From NCBI GenBank assembly GCA_043814095.1, contig JBDRKI010000057.1, positions 1-16,358 of the forward strand: DNA of 16,358 nt, in the 5' to 3' direction. The notes under the pieces were generated by a model. It saw only the letters and a program-made list of their open reading frames with translations. It ran no database searches and was not told where the DNA came from. Below, piece after piece: positions 8,850 to 16,358 of this stretch. Source of the stretch: Armatimonadota bacterium. Its GTDB lineage: Bacteria > Vulcanimicrobiota > JACPDS01 > JBDRKI01. The position numbers were made by a program, and so were the translations under genes. Positions within the stretch are counted from its first letter, which is position 1; each line of letters opens with the position of its first letter.

Positions 8850-9844
8850 TAGGTGTCGCGGTTGTAGGCCTTGGTGTAGGCGAACAGCATCTTAAAGCTT
8901 ATCTTGATAACGAGAACTGCTCTGTTGTCAGTATTTATGATATTGATAAGGAAAAAGCTAAGGCTGTCGCGGGCAGGTACGGCAGTTTCTCCGTTGCCGG
9001 TAATTTTGAAGATATTATAAAGGATAAGACTGTTGATATTATATCAATTGCATCTTATGATGATGCTCATTTTGAACAGATAATCTCCGCAATCAAAGAG
9101 AACAAGCATTTATTCATAGAGAAGCCTTTATGTAGAACATATGATGAATTAACTTATATAAAACGGAGCTTGAAAGATAAAAAAGGATTAAAGCTTGCAT
9201 CTAATCTGGTATTAAGAAGCACACCTTTATATAAATATCTTAAAGAGATAATTACTAAAGGCGATATGGGAAAGATTTATTCTTTTGACGGCGATTATTT
9301 ATACGGCAGGCTCCACAAGATTACTCACGGATGGCGCAGGGATGTTGAGAATTATTCCGTTATGGAAGGCGGGGGAGTGCATCTTGTTGACCTTATGCTT
9401 TATCTTACGGAAGAGAAACCTTCTTCTGTTATCGGTTTCGGCAACAGGATATGCACAGAGAATACATCTTTCCGTTATAATGATTATATGGCATCAACAT
9501 TTCTTTTTACCTCAGGTATGATAGGCAGGATTACCGCTAATTTCGGGTGTGTTCATCAGCACCAGCATGTTGTAAGGATTTTCGGGACAAAGAAGACATT
9601 TATTTATGATGATAAGGGGCCAAGGATGTATGATAAATACGATCCCGGTGATGAGGGTGAGAAAATAAATTTATCACCTCTTCCTTCTTCAAAAGGAGAT
9701 CTTGTACCCGGGTTTGTTACATCAATTGTTAAAGATGAAGATATAACTTCTCAGATACAGCACGAATTTGACCTTATAAGCGCGTGTATAGCGTCTGATG
9801 ATTCATGTAAGGAAAATAAGATGAAGGAGATTAAGTATATATGA
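8846..9844 (+). CDS. Gfo/Idh/MocA-family NAD(P)-dependent oxidoreductase
   Basis: VAVVGLGVG Rossmann motif, HLFIEKPL, GGVHLVDL; ATGA overlap with the previous gene. Confidence 0.9.
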   Translation: MIGVAVVGLGVGEQHLKAYLDNENCSVVSIYDIDKEKAKAVAGRYGSFSVAGNFEDIIKDKTVDIISIASYDDAHFEQIISAIKENKHLFIEKPLCRTYDELTYIKRSLKDKKGLKLASNLVLRSTPLYKYLKEIITKGDMGKIYSFDGDYLYGRLHKITHGWRRDVENYSVMEGGGVHLVDLMLYLTEEKPSSVIGFGNRICTENTSFRYNDYMASTFLFTSGMIGRITANFGCVHQHQHVVRIFGTKKTFIYDDKGPRMYDKYDPGDEGEKINLSPLPSSKGDLVPGFVTSIVKDEDITSQIQHEFDLISACIASDDSCKENKMKEIKYI

Positions 9845-10995
9845 CAGCAGTAAAAACAATACCTTTCGGCAATCCATGTATAACCGATGAAGATAGAAGT
9901 AAAGTTATGGAAGTTCTTAACGGCCATATACTGACACACGGCCCCCAGTGTAAGGGATTTGAAGAAGAGTTTTCCTTGTTTACGGGCGGCGGTTATTCTG
10001 TAACGACAAGTTCGTGCATGGCGGCTCTTCATATGTCATACCTTCACTTCAGTATAGGTATGGGAGATGAAGTAATAGTACCTGCGCAGACACATACTGC
10101 CACAGCTCACGCGGTTGAGTGGGTAGGGGCTGTGCCTGTTTTTGCAGACTGTGAGAAAGAAACAGGCAATATATCTGTTGGGGAAATAAAAAAACTGGTT
10201 ACTTCTAAGACAAAAGCGATATCACTTGTCCATTTTGCGGGTATACCGTGCGATATGGACGGTATAATGGATATCGCGCAGAAGAATAACCTGAAGGTAA
10301 TAGAGGACTGCGCTATAGCTGTTGGTGCGCGCTATAAGGGAAAACATGTAGGTCTTATAGGCGATGCGGGTTGCTTCTCTTTCTATCCCGTTAAGCATTT
10401 TACCTCGGGCGAAGGCGGGATGTTTATTTCAAAGTATAAAGAGGTTGCCGACAGTATAAATAAGCTGAGGGCTTTCGGTGTTGACAGGACTCATACCGAA
10501 AGATCCATACCCGGTATGTATGATGTTCCTTCATTAGGACTTAATTACCGTATGAGCGAGCTCCAGGCCGCTCTGGGAAGATCACAGCTTAGCCGTATAG
10601 ATGAGACCCTAAATAAAAGAAAAAATAATTTTGAATATCTTAAAGATAAACTTTTATCTTTTAAAGATACATATGTTCTTGACAGTATAAATAGTGATTC
10701 AGTTAACAGCCATTACTGCCTCTGTCTTGTTCTTAAAAACAAGTTGAAAGAGCACAGGAATGAAGTAATTTTAAAATTAAAAGAAGAAGGCATAGGAACA
10801 AGTGTTTATTACCCCCAGCCTGTACCCAGGATGACATACTACAGGAATAAATACGGGTATAACCCGGATAATTACAAAAATGCGGCTATGATAAGCGATT
10901 ATTCCATAGCGTTCCCCGTAGGACCCCATATAGAGAAAGATGATCTTGATTATATAGCTAAAAAACTTTTTGAAGCAATTGAGGTGTTCAGATGA
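9841..10995 (+). CDS. DegT/DnrJ/EryC1/StrS PLP-dependent sugar aminotransferase
   Basis: GDEVIVPAQT, VHFAGIPCDM, VIEDCA, FSFYPVKHFTSGEGG (PLP lysine), GLNYRMSELQAALG; ATGA overlap. Confidence 0.93.
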   Translation: MTAVKTIPFGNPCITDEDRSKVMEVLNGHILTHGPQCKGFEEEFSLFTGGGYSVTTSSCMAALHMSYLHFSIGMGDEVIVPAQTHTATAHAVEWVGAVPVFADCEKETGNISVGEIKKLVTSKTKAISLVHFAGIPCDMDGIMDIAQKNNLKVIEDCAIAVGARYKGKHVGLIGDAGCFSFYPVKHFTSGEGGMFISKYKEVADSINKLRAFGVDRTHTERSIPGMYDVPSLGLNYRMSELQAALGRSQLSRIDETLNKRKNNFEYLKDKLLSFKDTYVLDSINSDSVNSHYCLCLVLKNKLKEHRNEVILKLKEEGIGTSVYYPQPVPRMTYYRNKYGYNPDNYKNAAMISDYSIAFPVGPHIEKDDLDYIAKKLFEAIEVFR

Positions 10996-12032
10996 CAGAT
11001 AAAATAAAAGGAAGAAAAATACTTCTAATAGGCGGTGCCGGCTTTATAGGGCATAACATGGCTTTAAAGCTTGCGGAATTAGGAGCTGAAGTTTCAATTA
11101 TAGACAGCCTGCAGGTTAACAACCTGCTCGCGTTTGCGTCAAGCGATGTTGATGCCGTAAATAAAGATCTTTATATCAAAATCATAAATGAGAGATTAGA
11201 ACTTCTGAGAAAAGCGGACATACCTCTTTATGTACAGGATGCGCGTGATTACCATGCGATGTGCCGTATAGTGCAGAAGATAAAACCACAGGTTATAATC
11301 CACTTAGCTGCTGTTGCACATGCCGGGAAATCCAATAAAGATCCTTACAGCACATTTGACCACAGTTTAAGAACTCTTGAGAACGCTCTTGATATAGCGA
11401 GATCTGACAGTGTAAATATAGAGCATTTTATATTTTTATCTTCCAGCATGGTGTACGGGAACTTTAAATCCGGTTTTGTAACAGAGGAATCAATATGTGA
11501 ACCCCTCGGGATATACGGGGCTCTTAAATTCGGCGGGGAGAAGCTTGTTATCGCTTACAACCAGGTCTTCGGTCTGCCTTACACGATTATAAGGCCGTCT
11601 GCTTTATACGGGCCCAGATGTGTAAGCAGGCGGGTAGGCCAAATATTTATAGAGAATGCCATTCAAGAACTGGATATAGACATAAACGGAGACGGTTCGG
11701 ACAGTCTTGATTTTACCCATATAAACGATTTTATATCCGGTATAGTCAATGTTCTGGAAAATGAGAATTCAAAAAATAAAACTTTTAACCTTACTTACGG
11801 GCAGTCCCGGTCTATTGCGGATATGGTGGATATCCTTAAAGAACATTTTCCCGGCGTAAGGATAAATTATATGCCTAAAGATAAACTTATGCCTGACAGG
11901 GGTACTTTAAGCGTTGAAAAAGCAAGAAAACTTATAGGGTATAACCCGCAGTATCCGCTTGAGAAAGGTTTTGTTGAATATATTAACTGGTATAAGGAGC
12001 TGTTTAAAGATGAAGCTTGTGTTCTGGGGTAA
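10992..12032 (+). CDS. NAD-dependent nucleotide-sugar epimerase/dehydratase (extended SDR)
   Basis: GGAGFIG, IHLAA, FLSSSMVYG, YGALK (YxxxK), RPSALYGP, DFTHIND; ATGA overlap. Confidence 0.92.
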   Translation: MTDKIKGRKILLIGGAGFIGHNMALKLAELGAEVSIIDSLQVNNLLAFASSDVDAVNKDLYIKIINERLELLRKADIPLYVQDARDYHAMCRIVQKIKPQVIIHLAAVAHAGKSNKDPYSTFDHSLRTLENALDIARSDSVNIEHFIFLSSSMVYGNFKSGFVTEESICEPLGIYGALKFGGEKLVIAYNQVFGLPYTIIRPSALYGPRCVSRRVGQIFIENAIQELDIDINGDGSDSLDFTHINDFISGIVNVLENENSKNKTFNLTYGQSRSIADMVDILKEHFPGVRINYMPKDKLMPDRGTLSVEKARKLIGYNPQYPLEKGFVEYINWYKELFKDEACVLG

Positions 12033-12939
12033 AGGCAAAAGAAGTATAGATTGCTTAAAGTCGGTTCATGATAAGGGATATAACATCGAAGCGGTTATTG
12101 CTTATCCTGATGATGTTGAGCTGAGCAGTCTGGCTGAAGAATATAATATTAAAGTTTTAAAACCGGAAGATCTGTCTAAAGAAAGTTTTAAAACTTTTCT
12201 TTCCGGTTTAAATCCGGATTTATTTATCCTAGCCGGGTACGGGAAGATATTAAGCAAAGAGATTATAGATATACCTAAGATAATGAGTATAAACCTCCAT
12301 GCCGGCAAAGTCCCGGAATACAGGGGTTCTTCCCCTATGAACTGGGCGCTTATTAACGGTGAGAAATCTTTTACGCTTTCTATTCTTAAGATGGACAGCG
12401 GTATAGACTCAGGAGAGCTTCTCCTTGAGCGGAGTTTCGGTATATCGGTTAATGATACAATAAAAGATCTGCATGATACCGCTAATAAAGAGTTTCCGTT
12501 AATGCTTACAGAGGTTCTTTCTCAGATTGAGAAAGGAAGCCTTAAAGTAATTCCTCAGGATGACTCTAAAGCTTCATATTATCCGTTAAGATTCCCGGAT
12601 GACGGGCTTATCCTGTGGGATGTCTTCACAGCCGAGCAGATTCATAACCGCATAAGGGCATTAACAGAACCTTATCCGTGTGCATTTACCTTTTTTAACG
12701 GCAGGAAGATAAAACTTTTATCTTCTGAATTAAATGAAGTTAATTATTACGGAGAACCAGGAAGGGTATACAAGAAAAACAAGAAAGGCCTGTTTGTTTG
12801 CGGGCTTGATAAATGTTTATGGCTCAATGGAGCGGAGTTTGAAGATACAGGCGAACCTGTTATTGATGTTATAACGAGGTATGACAGACTTGCAACTGTA
12901 AGGTATTCTATTGTGAATAACAGTGCGGTAGGAGTATAA
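12010..12939 (+). CDS. Fmt/ArnA-like sugar N-formyltransferase with C-terminal Fmt domain (309 aa)
   Basis: Start moved to ATG 12010 (AAGGAG upstream, MKLVFWG). LAGYGKIL, INLHAGKVPEYRGSSPMNWALING (NxH), MDSGIDSG, IHNRIRALTEPYPCAFTF. Confidence 0.88.
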   Translation: MKLVFWGKGKRSIDCLKSVHDKGYNIEAVIAYPDDVELSSLAEEYNIKVLKPEDLSKESFKTFLSGLNPDLFILAGYGKILSKEIIDIPKIMSINLHAGKVPEYRGSSPMNWALINGEKSFTLSILKMDSGIDSGELLLERSFGISVNDTIKDLHDTANKEFPLMLTEVLSQIEKGSLKVIPQDDSKASYYPLRFPDDGLILWDVFTAEQIHNRIRALTEPYPCAFTFFNGRKIKLLSSELNEVNYYGEPGRVYKKNKKGLFVCGLDKCLWLNGAEFEDTGEPVIDVITRYDRLATVRYSIVNNSAVGV

Positions 12940-12940
12940 A

Positions 12941-13954
12941 TTGATTATTGATAATTTTGATTTAAATAAAGATATAATGTTTGTAGCCGAGATAGGGAAT
13001 AACCATGAAGGCAACTATGCCCTTGCAGAGAAAATGATACATCTTGCAAAAGATGCAGGGGCAGATGCTGTTAAATTCCAGACATTTAAAACTGAGCATT
13101 ATGTAACCAGTAAAGATAAAGATAGATTCAACCGTCTTAAATCTTTTGAGCTAACATATGAAGAATTTGAAAAGTTAAGTAAAGTTGCCAGAAAACGGGA
13201 TATAGTATTCTTATCAACCCCTTTTGATTTAGAAAGTGTGGAATTTCTTAATACTATTGTCCCTGCTTTTAAGATTTCATCGGGGGACAATAATTTTTAT
13301 CCTTTGCTTCAGAAGGTGGCACAGACCGGTAAGCCTGTTATTCTTTCCAGCGGGCTTGTCGACCTTGGTAAGATACGCGCTTCTAAAGACTTTATTGAAG
13401 ATATATGGAAGATAGAAGGCATAAAACAACAGATGGCTGTTCTTCACTGTGTTTCCAGCTATCCTGTAAGAGATGAAGAAGCAAACTTAGGTGCCATAGA
13501 AGCCTTAAGGCGGGAGTTAGGATGCATGGTAGGGTATTCAGATCATACTATCGGTACCTCTGCAGCTGTGCATGCAGCTGTATTAGGTGCCCGTATAATT
13601 GAGAAGCATTTCACCATAGATAAAAAATATTCAGATTTCCGTGATCATAGTTTATCTGCTGATATTAAATCATTTGCCGATATGGTCAAAAAGACAAAAA
13701 AAGCTGTTACCTTGATAGGCAAAAGAGAAAAAACCGTACAGTTAAGCGAGCGGGCAGCGGTTAATTCAATGAGAAGATCAGTGGCTGCTAAATGCGACCT
13801 GCCGGAAGGCTCAACGGTGAGCATGGATAACATAACATGGGTAAGACCGGGCGGAGGTATCCCTCCCGGGGATGAGGCTCTTTTGTTAGGCAAAAAACTT
13901 ACTGCTCCCGTAAATGCAGGGGAGCATATACTTCAGGATATGGTTGCTAACTAG
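12941..13954 (+). CDS. NeuB/SpsE-family PEP-dependent nonulosonic acid synthase with C-terminal SAF domain
   Basis: VAEIGNNHEG, GADAVKFQT, STPFD, FKISSGD, LHCVSSYP, GYSDHT, IEKHFT, RRSV...RPGGGIPP. TTG start after GGAG. Confidence 0.93.
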   Translation: MIIDNFDLNKDIMFVAEIGNNHEGNYALAEKMIHLAKDAGADAVKFQTFKTEHYVTSKDKDRFNRLKSFELTYEEFEKLSKVARKRDIVFLSTPFDLESVEFLNTIVPAFKISSGDNNFYPLLQKVAQTGKPVILSSGLVDLGKIRASKDFIEDIWKIEGIKQQMAVLHCVSSYPVRDEEANLGAIEALRRELGCMVGYSDHTIGTSAAVHAAVLGARIIEKHFTIDKKYSDFRDHSLSADIKSFADMVKKTKKAVTLIGKREKTVQLSERAAVNSMRRSVAAKCDLPEGSTVSMDNITWVRPGGGIPPGDEALLLGKKLTAPVNAGEHILQDMVAN

Positions 13955-13978
13955 CAGTTTTTATATTTTCTTTTTTAT

Positions 13979-14281
13979 TTAAGAATGTAGTTTTCTTAAT
14001 ATTTCAGTAGAGCCTGTAAACTTCATGCCTTCTTCTCTTATCACTTTTCTGTAAAAATCGCATTTTGTGCAGTTAGTAAATTTTGATGCAAAAGAGCCCT
14101 GTACCTTACCTTCACAGAGTGTGCCTGCTATTGCCCAGCAGCAACGTCCGCCGTTTTTTCCTTCATTTACTACGTCTAATTTTGTTTCGGTAGCGGCAGG
14201 GCAGACGCCGAATTCATGTACATGTATCCCTCCGGGCTCCCTCCCGCATTTTTTAAATTCCCAGCAGTTCTGTTTAGTCAT
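13979..14281 (-). CDS. Small Cys-rich 'two-CW domain' protein (100 aa), function unknown
   Basis: NCWEFKKCGREPGG...CPAA...GRCCWAIAGTLCEGKVQG...CTKCDFY. ATG 14281 has GAGGTG 6 nt upstream and is preferred over 14314. Confidence 0.8.
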   Translation of the reverse strand: MTKQNCWEFKKCGREPGGIHVHEFGVCPAATETKLDVVNEGKNGGRCCWAIAGTLCEGKVQGSFASKFTNCTKCDFYRKVIREEGMKFTGSTEILRKLHS

Positions 14282-14371
14282 TTTATTCACCTCGATATAG
14301 TTTTTTCTATCCATATTACCTTGAATCCTTTTGAAAATATAGATTTATAAATAGATATAAGAGTCATTATA

Positions 14372-14400
14372 TTGACAAACCTCCCTTATTAAAATAAAAT
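14372..14400 (+). promoter_or_regulatory. Sigma70-type promoter for the formyltransferase-deacetylase pair
   Basis: Consensus TTGACA (14372-14377), 17-nt spacer, TAAAAT (14395-14400). Confidence 0.7.
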
Positions 14401-14457
14401 TTTAATTAATAATAGGATCATGTGTAATTCAATATATATAATATATTAGAGGTGTTA

Positions 14458-15171
14458 GTGAAGATAGCAATTCTTACAACCCAGACATCCCATCATGCGT
14501 ATTTTGTCCAGGAGATTTCAAAAAAATATCCTGTTGATATTGTTATAGTTGAAAAAAATACGGTAAAGCCTAAATTTGATGTTTATCACAGCTTTGAGAA
14601 CCAAAGAGATAAGCATGAAAAAGAGCTGTTTTTTAAAGGTGCTGATATACAGATAAAAGATATAGCGAACACTCTTGAGGTTGATAAGATAAATGATAAA
14701 GAAGCTGTTGAGTGTTTGAAAGAATTAAAACCCGATATTATAATTGTTTATGGTACCAGAAAAATATCGGAGAAGATAATAGATATATGTCCTGAAGGAA
14801 TAATTAACCTTCACGGAGCAGATCCCCAGCAGTATAGAGGTCTTGATTCCTATCTCTGGGCTGTTTACCACGATGATTTTGAGAGTTTTTTCATTACACT
14901 GCATAGGGTTAATAATGAGCTGGATGACGGAGAGATAATACTGCAGGAGAAGATAAGTTTAACAAAGAGAACTTCTATAATCCATTTCCGCAGTTTAAGC
15001 GCTGTTGTATGTGTTAAACTTGTATTGTCCGCGCTTGGCATGTATGAGAAAGACGGATGTTTTATATCTCATCCCCAGAAAAAGACAGGATGCTATTATT
15101 CATTCATGCCTTCCGAGCTTAAAGAAGTCTGTGTCGGTAAGTTCAAAAAATATACAGAGAGTATTAAATGA
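14458..15171 (+). CDS. Second, single-domain formyltransferase-family protein
   Basis: PDIIIVYGT, INLHGADPQQYRGLDS (NxH...YRG), ITLHRVNNELDDGEII. GTG 14458 (MKIAILTT) follows GAGG; 14452 is an alternative start. Confidence 0.82.
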   Translation: MKIAILTTQTSHHAYFVQEISKKYPVDIVIVEKNTVKPKFDVYHSFENQRDKHEKELFFKGADIQIKDIANTLEVDKINDKEAVECLKELKPDIIIVYGTRKISEKIIDICPEGIINLHGADPQQYRGLDSYLWAVYHDDFESFFITLHRVNNELDDGEIILQEKISLTKRTSIIHFRSLSAVVCVKLVLSALGMYEKDGCFISHPQKKTGCYYSFMPSELKEVCVGKFKKYTESIK

Positions 15172-16058
15172 ACTATTCAGAAAGAATAACAGAGAGCGGT
15201 CTTACTATATTCTTATTCCATGGGGTTGTAAAAAAGTCTGATTACAAGGTAAGAAACTATACTAAGAAGCACCTTTTAGAGAATGATTTTTATAATGTGT
15301 TAAAAGATTTAAAAAAATCAGGTAATGCTGTTTCTATAGATGATATTGTAAATGCTTCATTTCCGGAAAGAGCTTTTGCGGTTAGCTTTGATGACGGGTT
15401 TGAGAATAATTATTCGGTTGCCGCACCTATTTTAAAAGATCTCGGGATTCCCTCTGTTTTTTACCTGACTACCGGTTTTATAGAGAATAATCATATGTCA
15501 TGGATTGACCGCATTGAATACTTATTTGAAAATGTTAATTCTGGAAAAGTTAAACTTTCATGGGAATCTGAAAGTTATAGTTTTAGTGATACTAAAGACA
15601 AGATAAAACTGCTTGATTATTTAAGGGATTGTGTTAAAAAAGATAAGTCTGTGGATGTTGATGAGCTTGTTAATGATATCTCATCCCAGCTTAATATAGA
15701 GGCGGTTGAGAAGAGTAATGATCCTCTTGATTTAAAAATGAACTGGTATCAGGCTAAAGAGCTTGCATCTGACAGCAATTTTATAATCGGCGGGCACAGT
15801 CACAGGCATCTTAACCTTGCTTTTTTATCTAAAGATGAGCTTGAGAAAGAGATTAAGACAAGTATAGAGCTTATTAAGGATAGAACAGGTATTAGCCTTC
15901 TGCATTATTCATATCCGGAAGGGTTAGATTACTGTTATTCTGATGAAGTTATAGATGTGTTGAAAAAATACGGCATTAAGTGTTCTCCTACAGCCATAGA
16001 CGGGGTGAATAAAGTAGGGGATGACTTATTTCATTTAAAAAGAGTAGCAGTGGTGTAG
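15168..16058 (+). CDS. Polysaccharide deacetylase (CE4/NodB-like) family protein
   Basis: FLFHGV, VSFDDGFENNY, GGHSHRHLNL, YSYPEG; ATGA overlap with the formyltransferase. Confidence 0.88.
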   Translation: MNYSERITESGLTIFLFHGVVKKSDYKVRNYTKKHLLENDFYNVLKDLKKSGNAVSIDDIVNASFPERAFAVSFDDGFENNYSVAAPILKDLGIPSVFYLTTGFIENNHMSWIDRIEYLFENVNSGKVKLSWESESYSFSDTKDKIKLLDYLRDCVKKDKSVDVDELVNDISSQLNIEAVEKSNDPLDLKMNWYQAKELASDSNFIIGGHSHRHLNLAFLSKDELEKEIKTSIELIKDRTGISLLHYSYPEGLDYCYSDEVIDVLKKYGIKCSPTAIDGVNKVGDDLFHLKRVAVV

Positions 16059-16060
16059 GT

Positions 16061-16094
16061 AGATAAGGATAAAGGATAAAGGATAAAGGATAGG
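16061..16094 (+). repeat. GGATAAA heptamer tandem repeat
   Basis: AGATAA-GGATAAA-GGATAAA-GGATAAA-GGATAGG immediately after the deacetylase stop. Confidence 0.85.
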
Positions 16095-16358
16095 AACTTT
16101 GATTTTACGTTCCGAGGAAATATAGCAAAAATGGGCGATGATGTCCAATATTATAGTGTAGAAATGAGTGTTTGTATAAAAAAACACTCATAGCGGATAA
16201 GGATAGGGCAATTAGGGAGAAAATTTCAGTCAAAGAAATGATTTTAGGACATAGTTAACCTATCCCGTTTTATGAACAATTATGATGCCAGAGGAATCTC
16301 ATCATCATAGACAGGGTCTTCTCTGATCGGGTCTTCCCATACGGGATCTGTGCAGTAA
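16088..16358 (-). mobile_element. Possible oriIS end of an IS91/ISCR-like rolling-circle element (partial)
   Basis: Minus strand reads AAAATCAAAGTTCCTATCC at 16106-16088, resembling the TTCCTAT(AC) core of IS91/ISCR oriIS as recalled from memory. It lies about 190 bp downstream of a minus-strand stop, with a 10-bp stem hairpin between. No transposase motif is visible in the window. Confidence 0.35.
16280..16357 (-). CDS. 3' end of a gene entering from the right edge (acidic, Pro-rich tail)
   Basis: Open frame YCTDPVWEDPIREDPVYDDEIPLAS* with TAA at 16282-16280; too short to identify. Confidence 0.35.
   Translation of the reverse strand, partial: YCTDPVWEDPIREDPVYDDEIPLAS

Noticed and set aside
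12010..12939. Housekeeping methionyl-tRNA formyltransferase (fmt)
   Set aside because: Lacks the canonical FMGTP and HxSLLP motifs, has no def neighbour, and is coupled within a sugar operon.
9285..15241. Short alternative-frame or antisense ORFs within the sugar genes (9285, 9751, 12102, 12817, 13099, 13645, 14067, 15005)
   Set aside because: Nested in well-supported genes, with no independent evidence.
16131..16193. 20-aa ORF MGDDVQYYSVEMSVCIKKHS
   Set aside because: Very short, its GAGG is too far from the ATG, and it overlaps a hairpin better explained as a DNA or RNA structure.
1..16358. CRISPR array, tRNA/rRNA, integron attC sites or defence system
   Set aside because: No regularly spaced repeat-spacer units, RNA gene signatures, cas, integrase or defence-type genes were seen. 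The palindromes in the IS tail differ from each other in sequence.

Overview
AT-rich bacterial window; the organism cannot be identified from sequence alone. Left part, minus strand: a large secreted GH38-like glycosidase with a C-terminal CFI-box-CTERM domain, an AsnB-type amidotransferase, and a 14-TMS (DHA2/EmrB-QacA) MFS transporter gene. The transporter is split at codon 33-34 by a complete 1685-bp IS1380-family element (terminal IRs, 5-bp TTTAC target duplication). Diverging from these on the plus strand is a tightly coupled sugar-biosynthesis operon: SpsF-like cytidylyltransferase, Gfo/Idh/MocA oxidoreductase, DegT aminotransferase, NAD-dependent epimerase/dehydratase, formyltransferase and NeuB/SpsE synthase. 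An antisense Cys-rich two-CW gene follows, then a separately promoted formyltransferase plus polysaccharide deacetylase pair. The locus suggests an N-formylated nonulosonic-acid-type surface sugar. The right end has GGATAAA heptamer repeats abutting a possible IS91/ISCR-type oriIS end and the 3' tail of a minus-strand gene. All calls come from reading motifs by eye; no database searches were run.
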